Assembly (NCBI GenBank): GCA_043228905.1
Contig: JBHGNT010000016.1
Span: 3,782,001-3,846,000 of the forward strand
Source of the DNA: Azolla caroliniana
Lineage: Eukaryota > Plantae > Polypodiophyta
Direction of reading: 5' to 3'
DNA: 64,000 bases
Shown here piece after piece: positions 19,006 to 33,796 of the stretch (positions within the stretch are counted from its first letter, which is position 1; every line of letters begins with the position of its first letter). The notes under the pieces are model-generated. The model had not been told where the DNA came from, did no database searches, and saw only the letters and a program-made list of their open reading frames with translations. The position numbers and the translations under genes are program-made.

Positions 19006-19586
19006 TCCTAATCTTCATTGGTCACACCAAATAGGTTTCTTCTTGTTGACTGCGTTGCGTGGTTTCCATTGGCTTCTCTAAATTAAAACATCTTGAATTT
19101 GGTTCTTCCAAGAGGCGAGGTTTGTACCATCAAGATTCAGAACCTTCAAGCTTCCTCTTCTTGGAATCATGTAGTTCCCTCAAGAGTCTTTCCTTATGAT
19201 CTCATTTATCGGGATATTACCCAGACTCCTAGCATGGGGTCGAGAATCCAGATTGAGTCAGTGCCAACTAAAGTTAAGATGCAGATAAGCAGCATTATTC
19301 GCACGTAGGCCGGCGCCGGGCCACAACTTGCAATCAATCTTAAGAGTTTTTTTTTTGGTTTTGTTTTTCAATAGGTATGTGTGTGTGCGTGTTATTGTTT
19401 CTTTCTCTCCATAAACTTTAGGTTGGTTCTTCATTCACTTTGTCCATCAAGCAAGCAAGCAAGCAAGCTGAAGCAAAGCCAGGCCTGCAAAGTGTTCCGA
19501 AAAGTTATTTTCCTGCACAGAGTCATTACTCCTTCCTTCCTTCCTTCCCCCGTGTCCTGTCTGCTTCTTCGGCCAAGTTCTACGTC

Positions 19587-22500
19587 ATGGCTCCCGATCC
19601 TCAGCAGAACGGCTCCGTTGAGAAGAACACCCAGCTTCCTCCCAACAAGGAAAACAAGAAATCGAAGAAAGACGAGAAGAAAGATGAGGATTTGGTAAGC
19701 AAGTTTTCTAACCATTCCAAGATTTGATCTCTTACTTCGGTTCCTTTCCCGCCCTTCCCCATGCGTTTTTCTCCTTTGTTCGTCTGAAAACAAACGAACA
19801 ATATCTTGCAGTCGGAAGAAGATCTCGCTTTGAAGCAACAGTTGGAGCTTTATGTGGAGCGAGTGCAAGATGTGGAACCAGGAGTGCAGAAACTTGCTCT
19901 TGAAAGCATGAGGTATGTCATTGTGGTGTCAGATTTCTTTTGTTTTCTTTCTACGATGTATATTAATGTGGTATTATATCCCAGCAGCTTGTACTTAATG
20001 TGTTAATGTCAATTCATTTTGATGTTTTATTGGCTCAAGATTTGCGTACTTACCTTCTTTACATGTGTTTGTTATTTTTTATTATGAGTTATTGTGTTTT
20101 ATTTTTATGATATGTAAAGACCTGATAAAATATCCCAGAAAGTTTATATGGGCGTGTCCTTTCATTTTCGCGGCTTTTTTCTTTGTTTTCGTTATCGATT
20201 CAATGTTTTTATGCTAAGAATTATTTTTTTTCGTCTTTGATGCGTAAAATTAATAGTAGATCCCAGAAACTTGGATGTGGCTTTGCTTCGATATTCATAT
20301 TGATTATTTTTGCCCAAGGATCTTTTCCTCTTCTTCCTTTGACATGTAACATCTTATGGTGTGCACTTCAGAGCATGGGTGTGTCTTTGTTCTTCATATT
20401 TATGGTTTTATGGGTTTTCTTTTCCGTCCTTGATATGTAAAATTTTATAGCATAACTACATGAGTTTTTCATATTTTTTGTTTACTCTGACAGTTTCTGT
20501 GCAAGGTTGCTTTTTTACTTATTTCTTTGATATGAAGTTTTCTTAATATATCCCAGTAGTTTGTGCTAAGAGCTCGAGGTATGCCCTTGCTATTATACTG
20601 ATAAGGTGTTTCTCAAGATTGTTTTTCTCCACCGTATGTAATACGTGATGAAGCTAGTTCTTTGGAGCATGAGCTATGTCTTATTACTAATTTGAATGGT
20701 GGTTCTAGTCAATATTTCTTTTGTTTTTTTATTTGATATGCAATATTTTATGATATATACCAACATCACTTTTATGTGCAGAGGCTTGTGCTTTAGAGCC
20801 TGAGCTTCTCTGTGGTATTCATTTGGATGTTTTTCCTCCTCAAATTTTGTCTCTGATACGTAACATTTTATAGTACAAATCTTGTCACCACTTTTATGTG
20901 CAGACACTTGTACTTTGGAGCATGAAGCATACCTTTATTATTCATTTGGATTTTTTTTTTGCGAAAGATTTCTTTCTTTCATATATAAACATTTATAGCA
21001 TATCCACACCACTCTTTTTGAGCATAAGGTATATCGTGTAATCTATTCTAATATTTTTTTGCTCAAAATTGTTTTTTCTTTTCCTTCTTTACTCATGGGT
21101 CAAAGGAACACCTATTCTTTATACAAATCAGCCTATTTAAGTGTAATTAGAGCTCTAATAGTTTGTTCTAGTCTAACATTCTGTGCTTTTCCTGATTTTC
21201 TTATAGTATATAGACACATGTAAATAGATGCATACACACATATATACACATACATACACGTGTCTGTTTATGAATATTTGCATAAATATGTGCGTTGCTA
21301 TTAAGCAGTAAAGATTTCAATCTGTAACCCCAAAACAATCAAAAAGCAAGTTTTAGCTTTTGAGCACCAGGTAGAAGCAAGCAAAAAGTAGCACATGTAT
21401 AAAAACGTTATTAATTCCCAGAGCTATATTAGAATTGTTCATTATATTGTTTCAAGCATACAAGGCTCTTTGAATATTCATTCAGGATTCATATTAACTA
21501 TAAATTGATTCAGGAATTCTAGAGGAAAGCAATGATAGTCTATGGACTTGATGTTGGAATTTGGACTATATTAAAAACCAGATTGTTTGTCTTTTCTACC
21601 ACTATATTTGTTTTCTTCAACTAGTAATGGAATGTTTATTAATAATCTTAAGATAGTATTCCAAATTGAGACTACTTCCATTCAAAATCAACTATCTATA
21701 AAAAGTTAGGAGATTTAGTGTGCCTTTAGAAGATGATGCATTTTCTTATGAATTGTCTGTATATAAATTAGTTCAAAATTTTTAAATTTCTGGTGACGTT
21801 ATTTCTTCTTCTATTGTAGCTTACCTTGTTTCTTGTGTTTGTATGCAAAGTTTTCTACAACTAGTTGTCATCTCTTGAATGCATGGTTATACTTATTGTT
21901 ATGTGATCAAAGCTACTGTAATATGGAATGGGTGTTTTTTATTTTTACTAGAAGATTATTCAAAGGTATTCTAGAGATGATTTGTATATTTGGTTGTATT
22001 GTACCTTCTTAATTTGCTTCTAGTTTGATATAGTTGGTAACTATAATTTACGATATTATCTTTTAATGTCTTAGACCATTTCTTGTGTGTGAAATCAGTT
22101 TTATAAAACGTAATCAACAACCTTTCTCCTCTGGATTGATTTGTAAGGCCCAATCCTTCTGTATCTCAACGCCCATTTTCTCCTTGCAGGCAAGAAATCC
22201 GAACCTCTACGAGCTCAATGACTTCTGTACCAAAGCCATTGAAATTTTTAAGGCCACATTATGGAGCACTAAAGAAGTTCTATGAGGTCATGCCTGATGG
22301 TGAAAACAAGGTATGAAATACATATACACAGTTTTAGAGAGAGCACTTCTGGTTTTGGTGTTGTCTGAAGGAATGGTTTATTTTCAGAAATACTTGGCGG
22401 ATATAATCTCAGTTCTTGCATTGACCATGTCAGAGGAAGGAGAAAGGGTAGGCTTACATATATTGCTTTTTTCTGCCTGTTTTGCTGCTTCAGCTTTCAG

Positions 22501-25500
22501 AATATGCTAACTGAGCATCCAAAACTTTTAGGAAAGTTTGAAGTTTAGGTTACAGGGATCTGTGGAAGATATTGGATCCTGGGGACATGAATATGTCAGG
22601 TAGGTCAATACGTGAAGTTGGATTCAAACTTAAAAAGCTTAACTCAACATTATAATGTGATATTTCAGAAATCTAGCTGGAGAAATAGGTCACGAATTCC
22701 AGAATCGCCAGGTATGTGCACAGTAAAACGAGATGTGAACAAATTTCTGGTATATACATGAAAACATTCTGTGAAGTCTAAAAGAGTTGATGTTAATCAT
22801 CTTTTGCACTACTAAATGCTCTTGATTACGTATTGCACGGGTAGGTATCTGTCTGCCATGGCCCAGAAGCATTGCATTTGAAAATATTTTATATTTAATT
22901 AATTGTGAATTGCATAGAAATAGGCAAGAGGAGGGTGGCAAAGAGCCAACACTAATAAATGAACAAAGGTTGACAGTAGTACTAGGGTAACGTGTGATTC
23001 CAGAATCAGCTATTTACTACTCAATTCACAATGGTGTCCAGATGGAAGATAAGCCTGTGGATGATCTTATGGATCTGGTCAAACAAATTGTGCCTTTCCA
23101 TGTGAAGGTAATTAATTGTTTCATTTGATTTTATAATATCTTTAAGACAATATTGTAAACAATTTGTGGTATTGCAGCACAATGCAGAACCAGAAGCTGT
23201 CGACCTTTTGATGGAGGTGTGTATATGGTCAGCTAATCCAATAGTTTGTTTATGAGATTGTATCTCCTCATCTCTATATGTGCTACTAGGTTGAAAGTTT
23301 GGAGTTACTCCCCGAACACATAGAGAAGGCAAATTACAAAAGGACATGTGCATATTTGACAAGCTTTGCAAGGTGATCATAATATATAATTACTTGATCT
23401 ACACAAGATTTGAATATTCTATTGGAGATTACAGCCTTATCAGGCTGGTTCTCAAACATTGTCGAGGGTTACATCATAGGAGAGAATCTAAAACTTCTAG
23501 CAAAACATGGCAAAGAAAAGTCAGCAGTCTTACCTTTCTGCGTATTAATGGTTATATGCTTTTTAAAGATTCTGCTTGATATGTTCTTTCAGTAAGCCCC
23601 TCGCTCCATTGAGACATTGTGTTTCATCTCTAGTGATACTTAATCCGGAACAATCATGAGTGTATGTTATTTCGCTTGGCTACCACTGTATAGCTGTTCA
23701 TCAATTTCTTGATTTCCTATTTGATGGAAGTCAGTCTCCTTCAGGTTTTTGGACCTTTACGAAAGAGATAGTTGTTACAAGGAAGATGGTGTCACTTAGA
23801 TTAATTTCCTTTTCTATAGTGGAGGTAGCTGGTTGTGATGCAACTGGTTTCTATTTCATTGCACATTTATCTTTGTGAAGTAAATAGTTGTGGAATGTTT
23901 TAATAAAGGGTTCATGACTCCATGAATTAGGTTTTTCATTTACAAGATTTGAGTCAATGGTTCACCTTAATTAAGGTAATAGTTCAGTTAATAGTTTTTG
24001 TAGACAAGTTGAGTTAGGAAACATGGCTTGCCATGCGTCAATGTTGCATGGCTTGAAGGATCTAGCTTGTCCATGTTTCACATGAGATCTGTTAGCCTTC
24101 TTAGGTTTGAACAAGCACCATTCAAAGTTGCCGTGTATTCAAATTGAAATGCTGAGAGTGAAAGGGATTGACCAAATTCAAGTAGGGGAAAATATTAATA
24201 TGTTCCTAGCTTGCTAACTATTATTGGGGCGACCCCATGTTAAGTCACCCTAAATGCACATGGTGCTTTTGGATATTTATCAAAGTGCAGAGTGTCTTTT
24301 TAATTAGCAGCAATGGATAAGTAATTACTTGTTTCTATGCATCAGTTTTTTTCTATAGATAGTCCTCCATTTCCATGAAGATAGAATCTGGATTTTCCCA
24401 GAAATTTCTTGATCACATTATATGGAATCTTAAAAACTGAACTTGGTAAGAATTGTTTATAATGCAAAATGGGAGATAAAATAAGAGTTTAAAAAGTGTA
24501 AGAATGATAAACTGAATAATCTATGTTCAATAGCCATCTACTTACTATTATTTTGTTTCACCTCTATGTTGCAGCTATGTACCAGAGCTGGATGACATAC
24601 CAGTGCTAGATATTGCATATCAAATCTATATGAAATTTGAGCAATATCCTGATGCTTTAAGAGTTGCATTGAGAATGGAAAAATCACTGGTGAGTTACAT
24701 GCTTAGCCAGAAGGATTACTGTCTGAATTTTCAATGCTTATTGCGTAATACCTGTGGCATGCAGCTTGTTGAACAAACTCTGTCAGCTTGCAAAGATGCA
24801 TTAATGCTGCAACAACTTTGCTATATATTGGCTAGAGAGGTAAAATGTAACTTCATGTGTGTATACAAAGATCCATTCATCTCTTGTTCTTGTAACCTTA
24901 CTCATTTAATTTCTGAAAAAGCTTATTCTTTTATAGAAGTATGAAGAACTCTAGTCATGTTAATTTCCTTTATGGGATTTCATGTGTTGAACTAAACAAA
25001 TAATTAGACATAAGTTTCATCATGATGGTGAACAATAGATTATTTTGATTAGTTGGATCATTTAACAATCTGAAACTGGCCTGAGGAAGCAGAGGGCGTA
25101 AAACACCAATCAAACTAAAATCTCCCTGGAAAACCTTAGATTGAAAGAAGGAAAATTTCGTTTCAGAGTTTAGACTCGTGATGGAGACTTAATTTCACAT
25201 TTTAGAATATAAGTTTCTCTTGCACAAGGAATTTGAGAAGCCCTTCCCCTCCACTGTGCTCTTGGAAGACGTTATTGCCTAAGCAATTAACCATTCTTAC
25301 CAAGTGGAACTTCTCATGTAGTCTGACCTCATTGTAGCAGATAAGGAGAAACTGGGCCATGATCCAGGGTGGCATTTCGGCACTCAACATAACTATAAAT
25401 AGCTTTAAAGCTAAATTTCAGAGTTCTGAATTGAAAAGACTTGCTGGCATCAAATTTGAATGAGGCAAGTCCTGCTCATGCTGCCAAGTATCCGTTTCTT

Positions 25501-28500
25501 TAAAAATATCTTACCACACCTACCCATAACTTTAAAGTGATTAATGCTGGCTTGACAGATCACTTGCCCATTCCAGACCACTGTCCTTACCTCACTTTGT
25601 CTAGGATTCACTGGTTTTTAAACATTTCACTCAGGTCATCTAGTAGTGTTCTAGGTGAGTAAGTAACAAGAAATAAAAAAAGAAAATAAAGTATCTTGGT
25701 GACACAGTATGTGAAGGGTTCTTTGATAATTTTAACAATGTACTTTGTTGTAATATGTAAAATAATATATATGTTTGGACATATTGTAAATACATTTTAT
25801 AGACTTTTCTCCTATTTGTTGTTCATGATTCTTTGTATATCACTCTTTGAAGAAAGAGATAGAAATTCAAGACACCTGCCAACTCCTGTAGGATCATACT
25901 ATTCCACAGCCTATTGGGAAAAAATGTATATTAACATCTTTTAAGAGGCTAAAATGGCAGACCAAACAAGAGATTATTGTCTCATATTTGATAACAACAA
26001 ACCAAAATATATGTAACTAAGCAAAAAAAAGTAAATAGAAATAGGCTTAGATGTGACTAAATTATCTTGTCATCTATATATGTAAGATTCTCAAATCATA
26101 TATATATATATATATATATTGTAATATTTGTCTCTGAAAGATCTTTAGCATAGATCAATCCAGAATAGAGAAGTCCCCGAAGCAAGGGAAGCACTTGTAA
26201 TGGTGGGAGATAATGGCCGTTATCTGTTGATGACAAGAGTGATGAGATCGTGTTCCACGAGGCGGAGGCCTACATGCATGGCACATTGCTATTGCCCGAT
26301 TTATTGCAACTCCTTTTCAATGTTCTGGCCAGTGTAAAAGGGTATGAAACATAACATAAGAAATAGGAAATCCTCTAGACAAAGAGTCAACGTTCCCCCA
26401 CTAGCCTGTTAAAGATATCATTCAGCTTGTTGCTTTAAATTCCTCTCCGATTACACAAAGCACATTCTCCTCCACCTTGCAATTCTTCAATCCCTTGATC
26501 CACCCAACAGGACCCAGCCCCTCAAATATGTCCTCAAATATAGCTCTTATAGCCTTGTCCCTTATCCCCGTCAGCCCATGCGAAAAATCATCATCATTAT
26601 TAATTTTCATTTGCTTTCGTCCAATGTTCAATCACCTTCATTTTCTTATATTTCTTTTCTTGCCTGTAATAAGAATAATAATCAGGTGTTCTTACTTTTT
26701 GATAATTTGTGTAGGGATTTCATAGCATGTTGTCCATTCTAGTGTGTAAATTCACGCTTCTTTTTCTAGTTTTTACTTTCGATTTATTAATTTGTAATTG
26801 CAGTTTTATCCTCTCCCTTTCTCTCACACTTGCTTACTGCATTAGTTTTTTGGCCCAGGCTATTCTGTTCATAAAAGAGTATACACATTTTTTCATTGTT
26901 TTCCTCCATTGCTGATCTAAAACTTCTTGAATGTCAAGGGTATAACTTTTGAGATTGATGATCATATGATTATTGGCAATGAAGACAAGAAGGAGCTGCT
27001 TCAAGAAATTGTTAATAACAGCAAGTTGAGTGAGGGGTATCTTACACTAGCACGAGATCTTGATGTGATGGAGCCAAAGACTCCTGAAGATATTTATAAG
27101 GTTTTCCACTTTCTTGTATTCTTCAATGAATTCAGTTTTGGTGAACTGTATTAAGTTATCATCCTTACATGTAGGCGCATCTGATAGATGGTCGAGCAAG
27201 TGCAGGAACAAGCGTTGATTCTGCAAGACAGAATTTGGCTGCTACATTTGTGAATGCATTTGTAAATGCAGGATTTGGACAGGTCATTTCTTTGAACAGG
27301 CTATGTATTTTTCCTCCAGTGCACAAAAATTGATTGGTTTTTTGCTTCATCTGTATAACAGGATAAATTAATGACACCACCAGTTGTGGAAGGAACTAGT
27401 AGTAGTAACTGGCTTTTCAAGAATAAGGAGCATGGAAAGACTAGTGCATCAGGAAGTTTGGTCAGTAGAACTTACTTGAATGCATTAAAGAGCTGCTTCT
27501 CAATATAACTCTATGAAGACTGACATTCATAAGTCTATATACAGGGACTGATTACATTGTGGAATGTTGATGATGGGTTGCCTCAAATCGATAAATATCT
27601 TTATAGTACTGATAATCATGTTGTTGCTGGTGCTCTTCTGGGAGTTGGGATTCTTAATTGCGGCATTCGGAGTGAATGTGATCCTGTAAGGCAGAATATT
27701 CATTTCAATGAACACATTTAGCCTTAATAATGCGATTTGTCACTGTATGTGACATTTCAAATTGCTCTAAAAGTTCTCCTTTCCATTTGTCTTTGAAATA
27801 ATTTTGAGCATTTTCAAATTTGAAATAAATTTAGATGTAGCTTGAGATCATGATCATGCCTCTTTCTTTCTTTTTAGTACTCTAGTTTCATGGAGTCTTA
27901 CCAATTCTTTTTGAGTACAGTAATGCCATGGATACTACCTGTGCATTAGTTGGTTAATTTTCAGTAATGTGCATGCAAACGTCCTAAGTCACAGAATACC
28001 ACTTTGAGAATAATTGTTGCCCACTTGTGAGATAAATAGGCATAATATCACTTTTTCTTCGTTTATGCATGGTAAGGTGATGGATATCATCTTTATAGCC
28101 TTTATATATGCTTGTTTTTGCTGCTTTCTGTAGTAGAAGTCTGAAGACTTTGAGATTTCCATATCTCAAACTATGGGGGCAATGGGTAAAAAACAATGTT
28201 CTAGTTTTTGAAATTAGAGAGTCCATTAAGATTTTCTTGTTTCCTCTCATTGAATTAGTAGGGAAGACTAGTACGGTTATACAGATAACATCCTAGAATG
28301 TACTTAAGATTTCTGTGGTGTTTGATTCTGTAGCTCAATGCTACAAGGAAAACAATAGCTAAATAATCTTAATTCTGATCTCAACTGACACATCTCCCTA
28401 CATGACTATCATATTTGTTTCTTTCCAATGTCCACACAGATTTTTCTGTGCTAGAACTCCATGAGGCTGCCAATTTCTCTAGTTGCGTAATGTATTGTGT

Positions 28501-31489
28501 GACTTTACATCATTTGACCATGCTATATTAAAGAGGCGTAATTGTACCGTCAGAATCTCTGGTCATTGCACATAATCATTGATCTAAACATAATTGACAT
28601 ATTGGTTTCTTTTTAGTGTCTACGCATACACCAGTGTGCCTAAATTCCATGTGTCGATGTGTTTTATGTAGCATGATTTCACATATTTTGGCAATTTTAT
28701 ATCATAGACTTTGGTACTTCTCATTTTGTAGGCCTATGCTGTATTGTGTGACTATGTTGGAAAAGAAGATTCTGCAATTCGCATTGGTGCGATAATAGGC
28801 CTCGGTCTGGCTTATGCTGGTGCTGATAAAGAAGAGGTTCGCTCTCTAGCTTTAAAGCTATGAGCATTCTCATTTGTACAGTAAGAGAAATATCCATATC
28901 CATAGTGTAATTTCATGTGATATGTTTGGTGCAGGTTTATGCTCTTCTCAGTCCCTTGGTTACAGATCCAAAGAGTAGTCTAGATATTATCGCTTTTGCT
29001 GCCTTATCCCTTGGGATTATCTATGTCGGCTCTTGTCATGACGGGGTTGCACAGGCGATCATCATTGCTTTGATGGAACGAAGTGAAGCCGAGCTTGGAG
29101 ATCCTCTTGCACGATTCTTGTGTCTGGGCTTGGGATTGCTCTATCTTGGCAAACAGGTTCAAACTAAATTATTACTCATCATTAATATATGCCAAATGTA
29201 CATTACAGATCACTGTTAAATAATGGCTGAGGAAAATACATTGAATGTCTAAGCACTAGTACCATGTGTTTGGATAGTTTCATCTAGACTGAATCATTAA
29301 AATTACCCATAGCGACATCGAAGGAGATGCTCTAGATGCTAAACATGGCTGGTAAAAATAAGTACATACTGGACAATATCCTTAAGCACTGAAACCACCC
29401 TTTTCAGAGGATGTAGGTGCCCATTGTGTGCTCTTTTTCTCACTTGTAAATAATGAGTTCTCACCTGTCCGCTAGGAGGCCAACTTGTATATACGGTAAT
29501 GAACTTATCCCAGGCATGACCATATCCCAAATATCTCATATGTTCCATAGTGCTCTGTGCTTTTCAATGGTTGGAGGAAAGCAGAATGAGACACATTAAA
29601 ACTCCGGGTAAATAAGACTTGTTATTGCTCAACCACATTTGAGCTTAGAGAAGGAAGTCTGGCTACTATAGAAAACCAGAAATAGATTTGTATTCGCATC
29701 CTTAATTGGCTTAGAGGGTGCAGGATTGTCGGTAGTTTTTTCAGTCCTATTTCCTCTATTAATTAGCAAACTCTAGATTATTAAGAGTGCTGAATATGGA
29801 TGCTTGGTCTCAAAACAACAATTGAGTAAAGATGTCTTCTAATTTAAGGTTAATAAAGGTACTGCTTACCACTATGGTTGTCCAGGAGTGTGGTGTAATA
29901 AAATTACTGCTTATAACTAGGGTATAGCCCCAGATAGAGACCTCTAATTTCTTTCAGGATGCTGTGGTTGCAAGCATGGAGGTTGCTAAGACATTAAATG
30001 AAAAGATATCAAGATATCTTCAAGTTACATTGGAGTTGTGTGCTTATGCAGGAACAGGAAATGTTCTACTGGTAATCATTATTTTCTGTCTTTCTTGACT
30101 TCTTGAAAATTCGGAGAATTATTGTTATGCACTTTCCATTTGGCAGGTACAAAAGTTTCTAGCTTTCTGTGGAGAACACACAGAAAAAGCAGAGAGCTAC
30201 CAATCTGCTGCTGTTTTGGGTATTGCCCTTGTTTCCATGGCAGAAGAGCTTGGACTTGATATGGCTGTACGCTCACTAGAGCATCTTTTGCAATATGGTG
30301 AACAACATATCAGGCGGACTGTTCCTCTTGCTCTTGCAATACTTTCAGTTTCTAATCCAAAGGTACTGTTACAATTGACATAAACAATGCATCTGTGGTT
30401 TCTGTATAGAGACTTTAATATGTTTCCTTTTTCAGATAAATATCATGGATACATTGAGTAGACTTAGTCACGATAGCGATATTGAAGTTGCCATGGTAAA
30501 TGACTTGACTGAATAAATCCATATGCATGATAGAGACTGCCATCATTTTTAAGTGATATGGAATATTGCTTAAACAGACAGCGATAGTTGCACTAGGGCT
30601 GATTGGAGCAGGAACCAATAATGCCCGTATTGCTGGGATGCTCCGTAATTTATCGAGTTACTATTACAAAGATCCAAGTCTTCTTTTTTGTGTAAGTTTT
30701 TGTCTACTGGGCAGTACCATGAATGTCAAAGACCTAATTAGGAGATTTTAGCGTTAACTGTGGTCTGTGTGCAGGTTAGAATTGCTCAAGGTCTTGTACA
30801 TATGGGCAAGGGGTTATTGACACTAAATCCCTACCATTCTGATCGGTTTCTGCTATCAAAGTTCGTACCTAATCCTGCAGGAATAATTGTGAATTGTAAG
30901 CTAGACTACGAATTGTGCTTATGCTGTCATTGGTTTTTGCAGTGTTGCCTTGACTGGGTTAATAGCAGTCTTACACGGATGCATGGACATGAAATCTATC
31001 ATCCTTGGGAAGTATCATTATGTGCTCTATTTTCTTACATTGGCGATGCAGGTATATGCGAAAACCTTTCATCCTATTTTATGGAAGATATTTTCCTTGT
31101 TTAAAAACAGTTGGAGTTTTGGTTTTAGCCTCGCATGCTCATGACGCTGGATGAGAACCTGAAGCCGTTGTCAGTGCCTGTACGAGTAGGGCAAGCAGTT
31201 GATGTTGTTGGTCAAGCAGGCCGTCCAAAGACTATTACTGGCTTCCAAACACACACAACTCCAGTTCTTCTTGCCACTGGTGATAGAGCTGAGCTTGCAA
31301 CAGAGAAGTAAGACTAATTCTTTCTATCTGGTTAAATTGTCATATCAGAGTTTCTTTTGCATTCAGAGAGGCCCTCTTCTAACAGTGTACGAATGTTTGT
31401 TTTTGCCCAACAGATATATCCCTCTATCCTCGGTTCTAGAGGGATTTATCATACTGAAAGAAAACCCTGATTATGAACAAGAACATTAA
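19587..31489 (+). CDS. RPN1: 26S proteasome non-ATPase regulatory subunit 2 (RPN1), about 25 exons
   Basis: Exon translations: DEDL|[156 protein letters not shown] introns. Confidence 0.97.
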
Positions 31490-32462
31490 GCAGAATGAGC
31501 CCAAATTTTGCAGGGTAGATTTACTACATTGTAGAAGTGTATTGTATTGCACTCCTTCCCTCAGAGTTTGTATTGCATTATGAACTTATTTGAGCCAAAT
31601 ATGGGAATTGTATAACGACCCAGAACTGCAGGACATGCATTGATGCTTGCTGATATTGACATTGTGCGGAAAAGGACATTTGTTCTGGATCTCAAGCTTT
31701 ATGAAATGTTATTTTGAGAAAGCATTGCAATGTAACGGAACATTATTTGGGAGATTTTGTAATGCTTTATAAGTTGATTTCAAAGCTCCCCTTTGGAGGC
31801 AAGGAGAAGAAGATTAATCCATCTCAGGTCTCGTAGTGATGCATGCTTGATGCTGTTATGAACTTACTAGTGAATTCAAGTCTCCTTAAGTTAAATACCA
31901 CCTTGAACTCAATAGTGAATTCCACTCTTAAAATACTACATTTTAAGTCATTAATTTAAGAGGAGCGGGTTTCAGATCTATTTTGGGATCCTATTTGTAG
32001 TCTTGTACCTGGATGTGGTAAGCATTGAACCATTAAGAATTCGGACAAATGAGCTATATACTGTGTTTTTATTTTTAAAATTATTGTTTATAAATGTGAA
32101 TGCTAAATTGGTAATTTTGAACATTTAAATGTGACTGGTTCTTTTGATAAAAATAAAGCAGTTTGAAGGACTGAGTCTAGCAGTTATGAGTAGTCCTTAA
32201 TTTCTAGTCAGGTGTCATTTATTACAACCAAATCAACACCACCAGTGAAGCTAAAAATGACAGCTCTACTACATAAATAAAGTTACAACATCTCAGTAGC
32301 TTGGGAATCCTACATCTGTAAATTTACAACTTTAACAAGCCTTTTAAAGATAAATAGCACACAGGCATTTCAATCACCTCTATGTTGGAAAATAGATTCC
32401 ATGACGTAATATAAACTTCATAAAAGGAAAGATGAGGCAACTGCATGCTTCGAAAGGGGCTA

Positions 32463-32547
32463 GGCCAACATTTCTTTACTTACAGCTGTCATATTTTGTT
32501 AATGTGCCAACATTTCTTTACCTACAGCTGTCATATTTTGTTAATGT
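32463..32547. repeat. ~42-bp tandem duplication
   Basis: gccaacatttctttac(t/c)tacagctgtcatattttgttaatgt x2. Confidence 0.85.
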
Positions 32548-33796
32548 CGATTCTGCTGTTACCAGGTCTAAAATTTACAAGAATATATTGATTTCTAATG
32601 TATATAATACATTTCCTAATATGGTGGTGTGCCATTCGGTAGATCATTGTAATCCACTGCACTGGTGTATGTTTTGACTTTTATTTATTATCAACATTGA
32701 CAAGATCATTGAGGTTCTCAATACTCATCATGGTAAAATCAATACATCTCTCTCTAAGCTATCCAATTGATTTACTTTTACATTCAAGCATTTCCTCTCC
32801 CCTGGCAGACCAGTGGCAAAATTAATCCAAATTTACCTTTCCCTCCACATCTTAATCTTTTCTTAAGTTTAAGCTTGTCTTTTCTTGGTGATTGGTCACT
32901 CTGTTACCCTCTTTCAATAGATGGAACTTCACTTTACCAGTGGCAAACAATTTTTGCAATTGATTCCCAATTGGCCTCAGCTAAAAATCGAAAAAGTAAT
33001 ACATCTCTCTTTGCAATCCAATTGATTTTCTTTTACTTTCTAAGCATGCCATCTCTCCTAGCAATTCAATTGATCAAATTTTACCTTTCTCTTGATATCT
33101 TAATTTTTAAAAAATCTGTTAGCCTCTTTACAAAGGTGGGACTTCACTTTTCAAGTGGCAAACAATTTCTTCTATTGATTCCCAATTGGACTGCTCCACT
33201 AGACAGAAACATACTTAAAAGTAGAATGGATATCATGACTCTTATCAACTTTCTCTTGTTTCTTTGTGCAAGCATACACCTAGCCTAGGATCATATCAAG
33301 CGTCTTGACTTCCCCGTCAAACTAGGCACATGTAACGTTTTAGTTTGAATTATTGAGAGTTTCACTATCCATGTAAACCAGCAGCACGGTGTCATTTCTT
33401 TTATCACTGTTATGATCCTTACCTAATGCACATACAATTGTACTACACAACTGTTCTCAAACACATTTTCCAGAAAATGCCCAGAAAGGACATACACCTG
33501 GGAGACCAGTAGCAAATTTCCCAACAGCATCAGTGGCCAGAATAGGAAACGTTTAACAATGCAACACATCACCTTGTGACAATGCATTAGACTCACGTTA
33601 TTGAAGAACACTTAGCCACCTTTTTAGAAAGCCAGAGCAAACTTTGAGTGTGATGAACAATCAAATTATAGGTTCACTGGCTTCAACTCTTCTGAGTTCT
33701 CATGCCATAAAATGAGTCCAACATATTTCATATCTTCCACAAACTTACTAGGCTGCAACTCTTCTCTCATATGATAGTTTTTACCCTTCCACATTT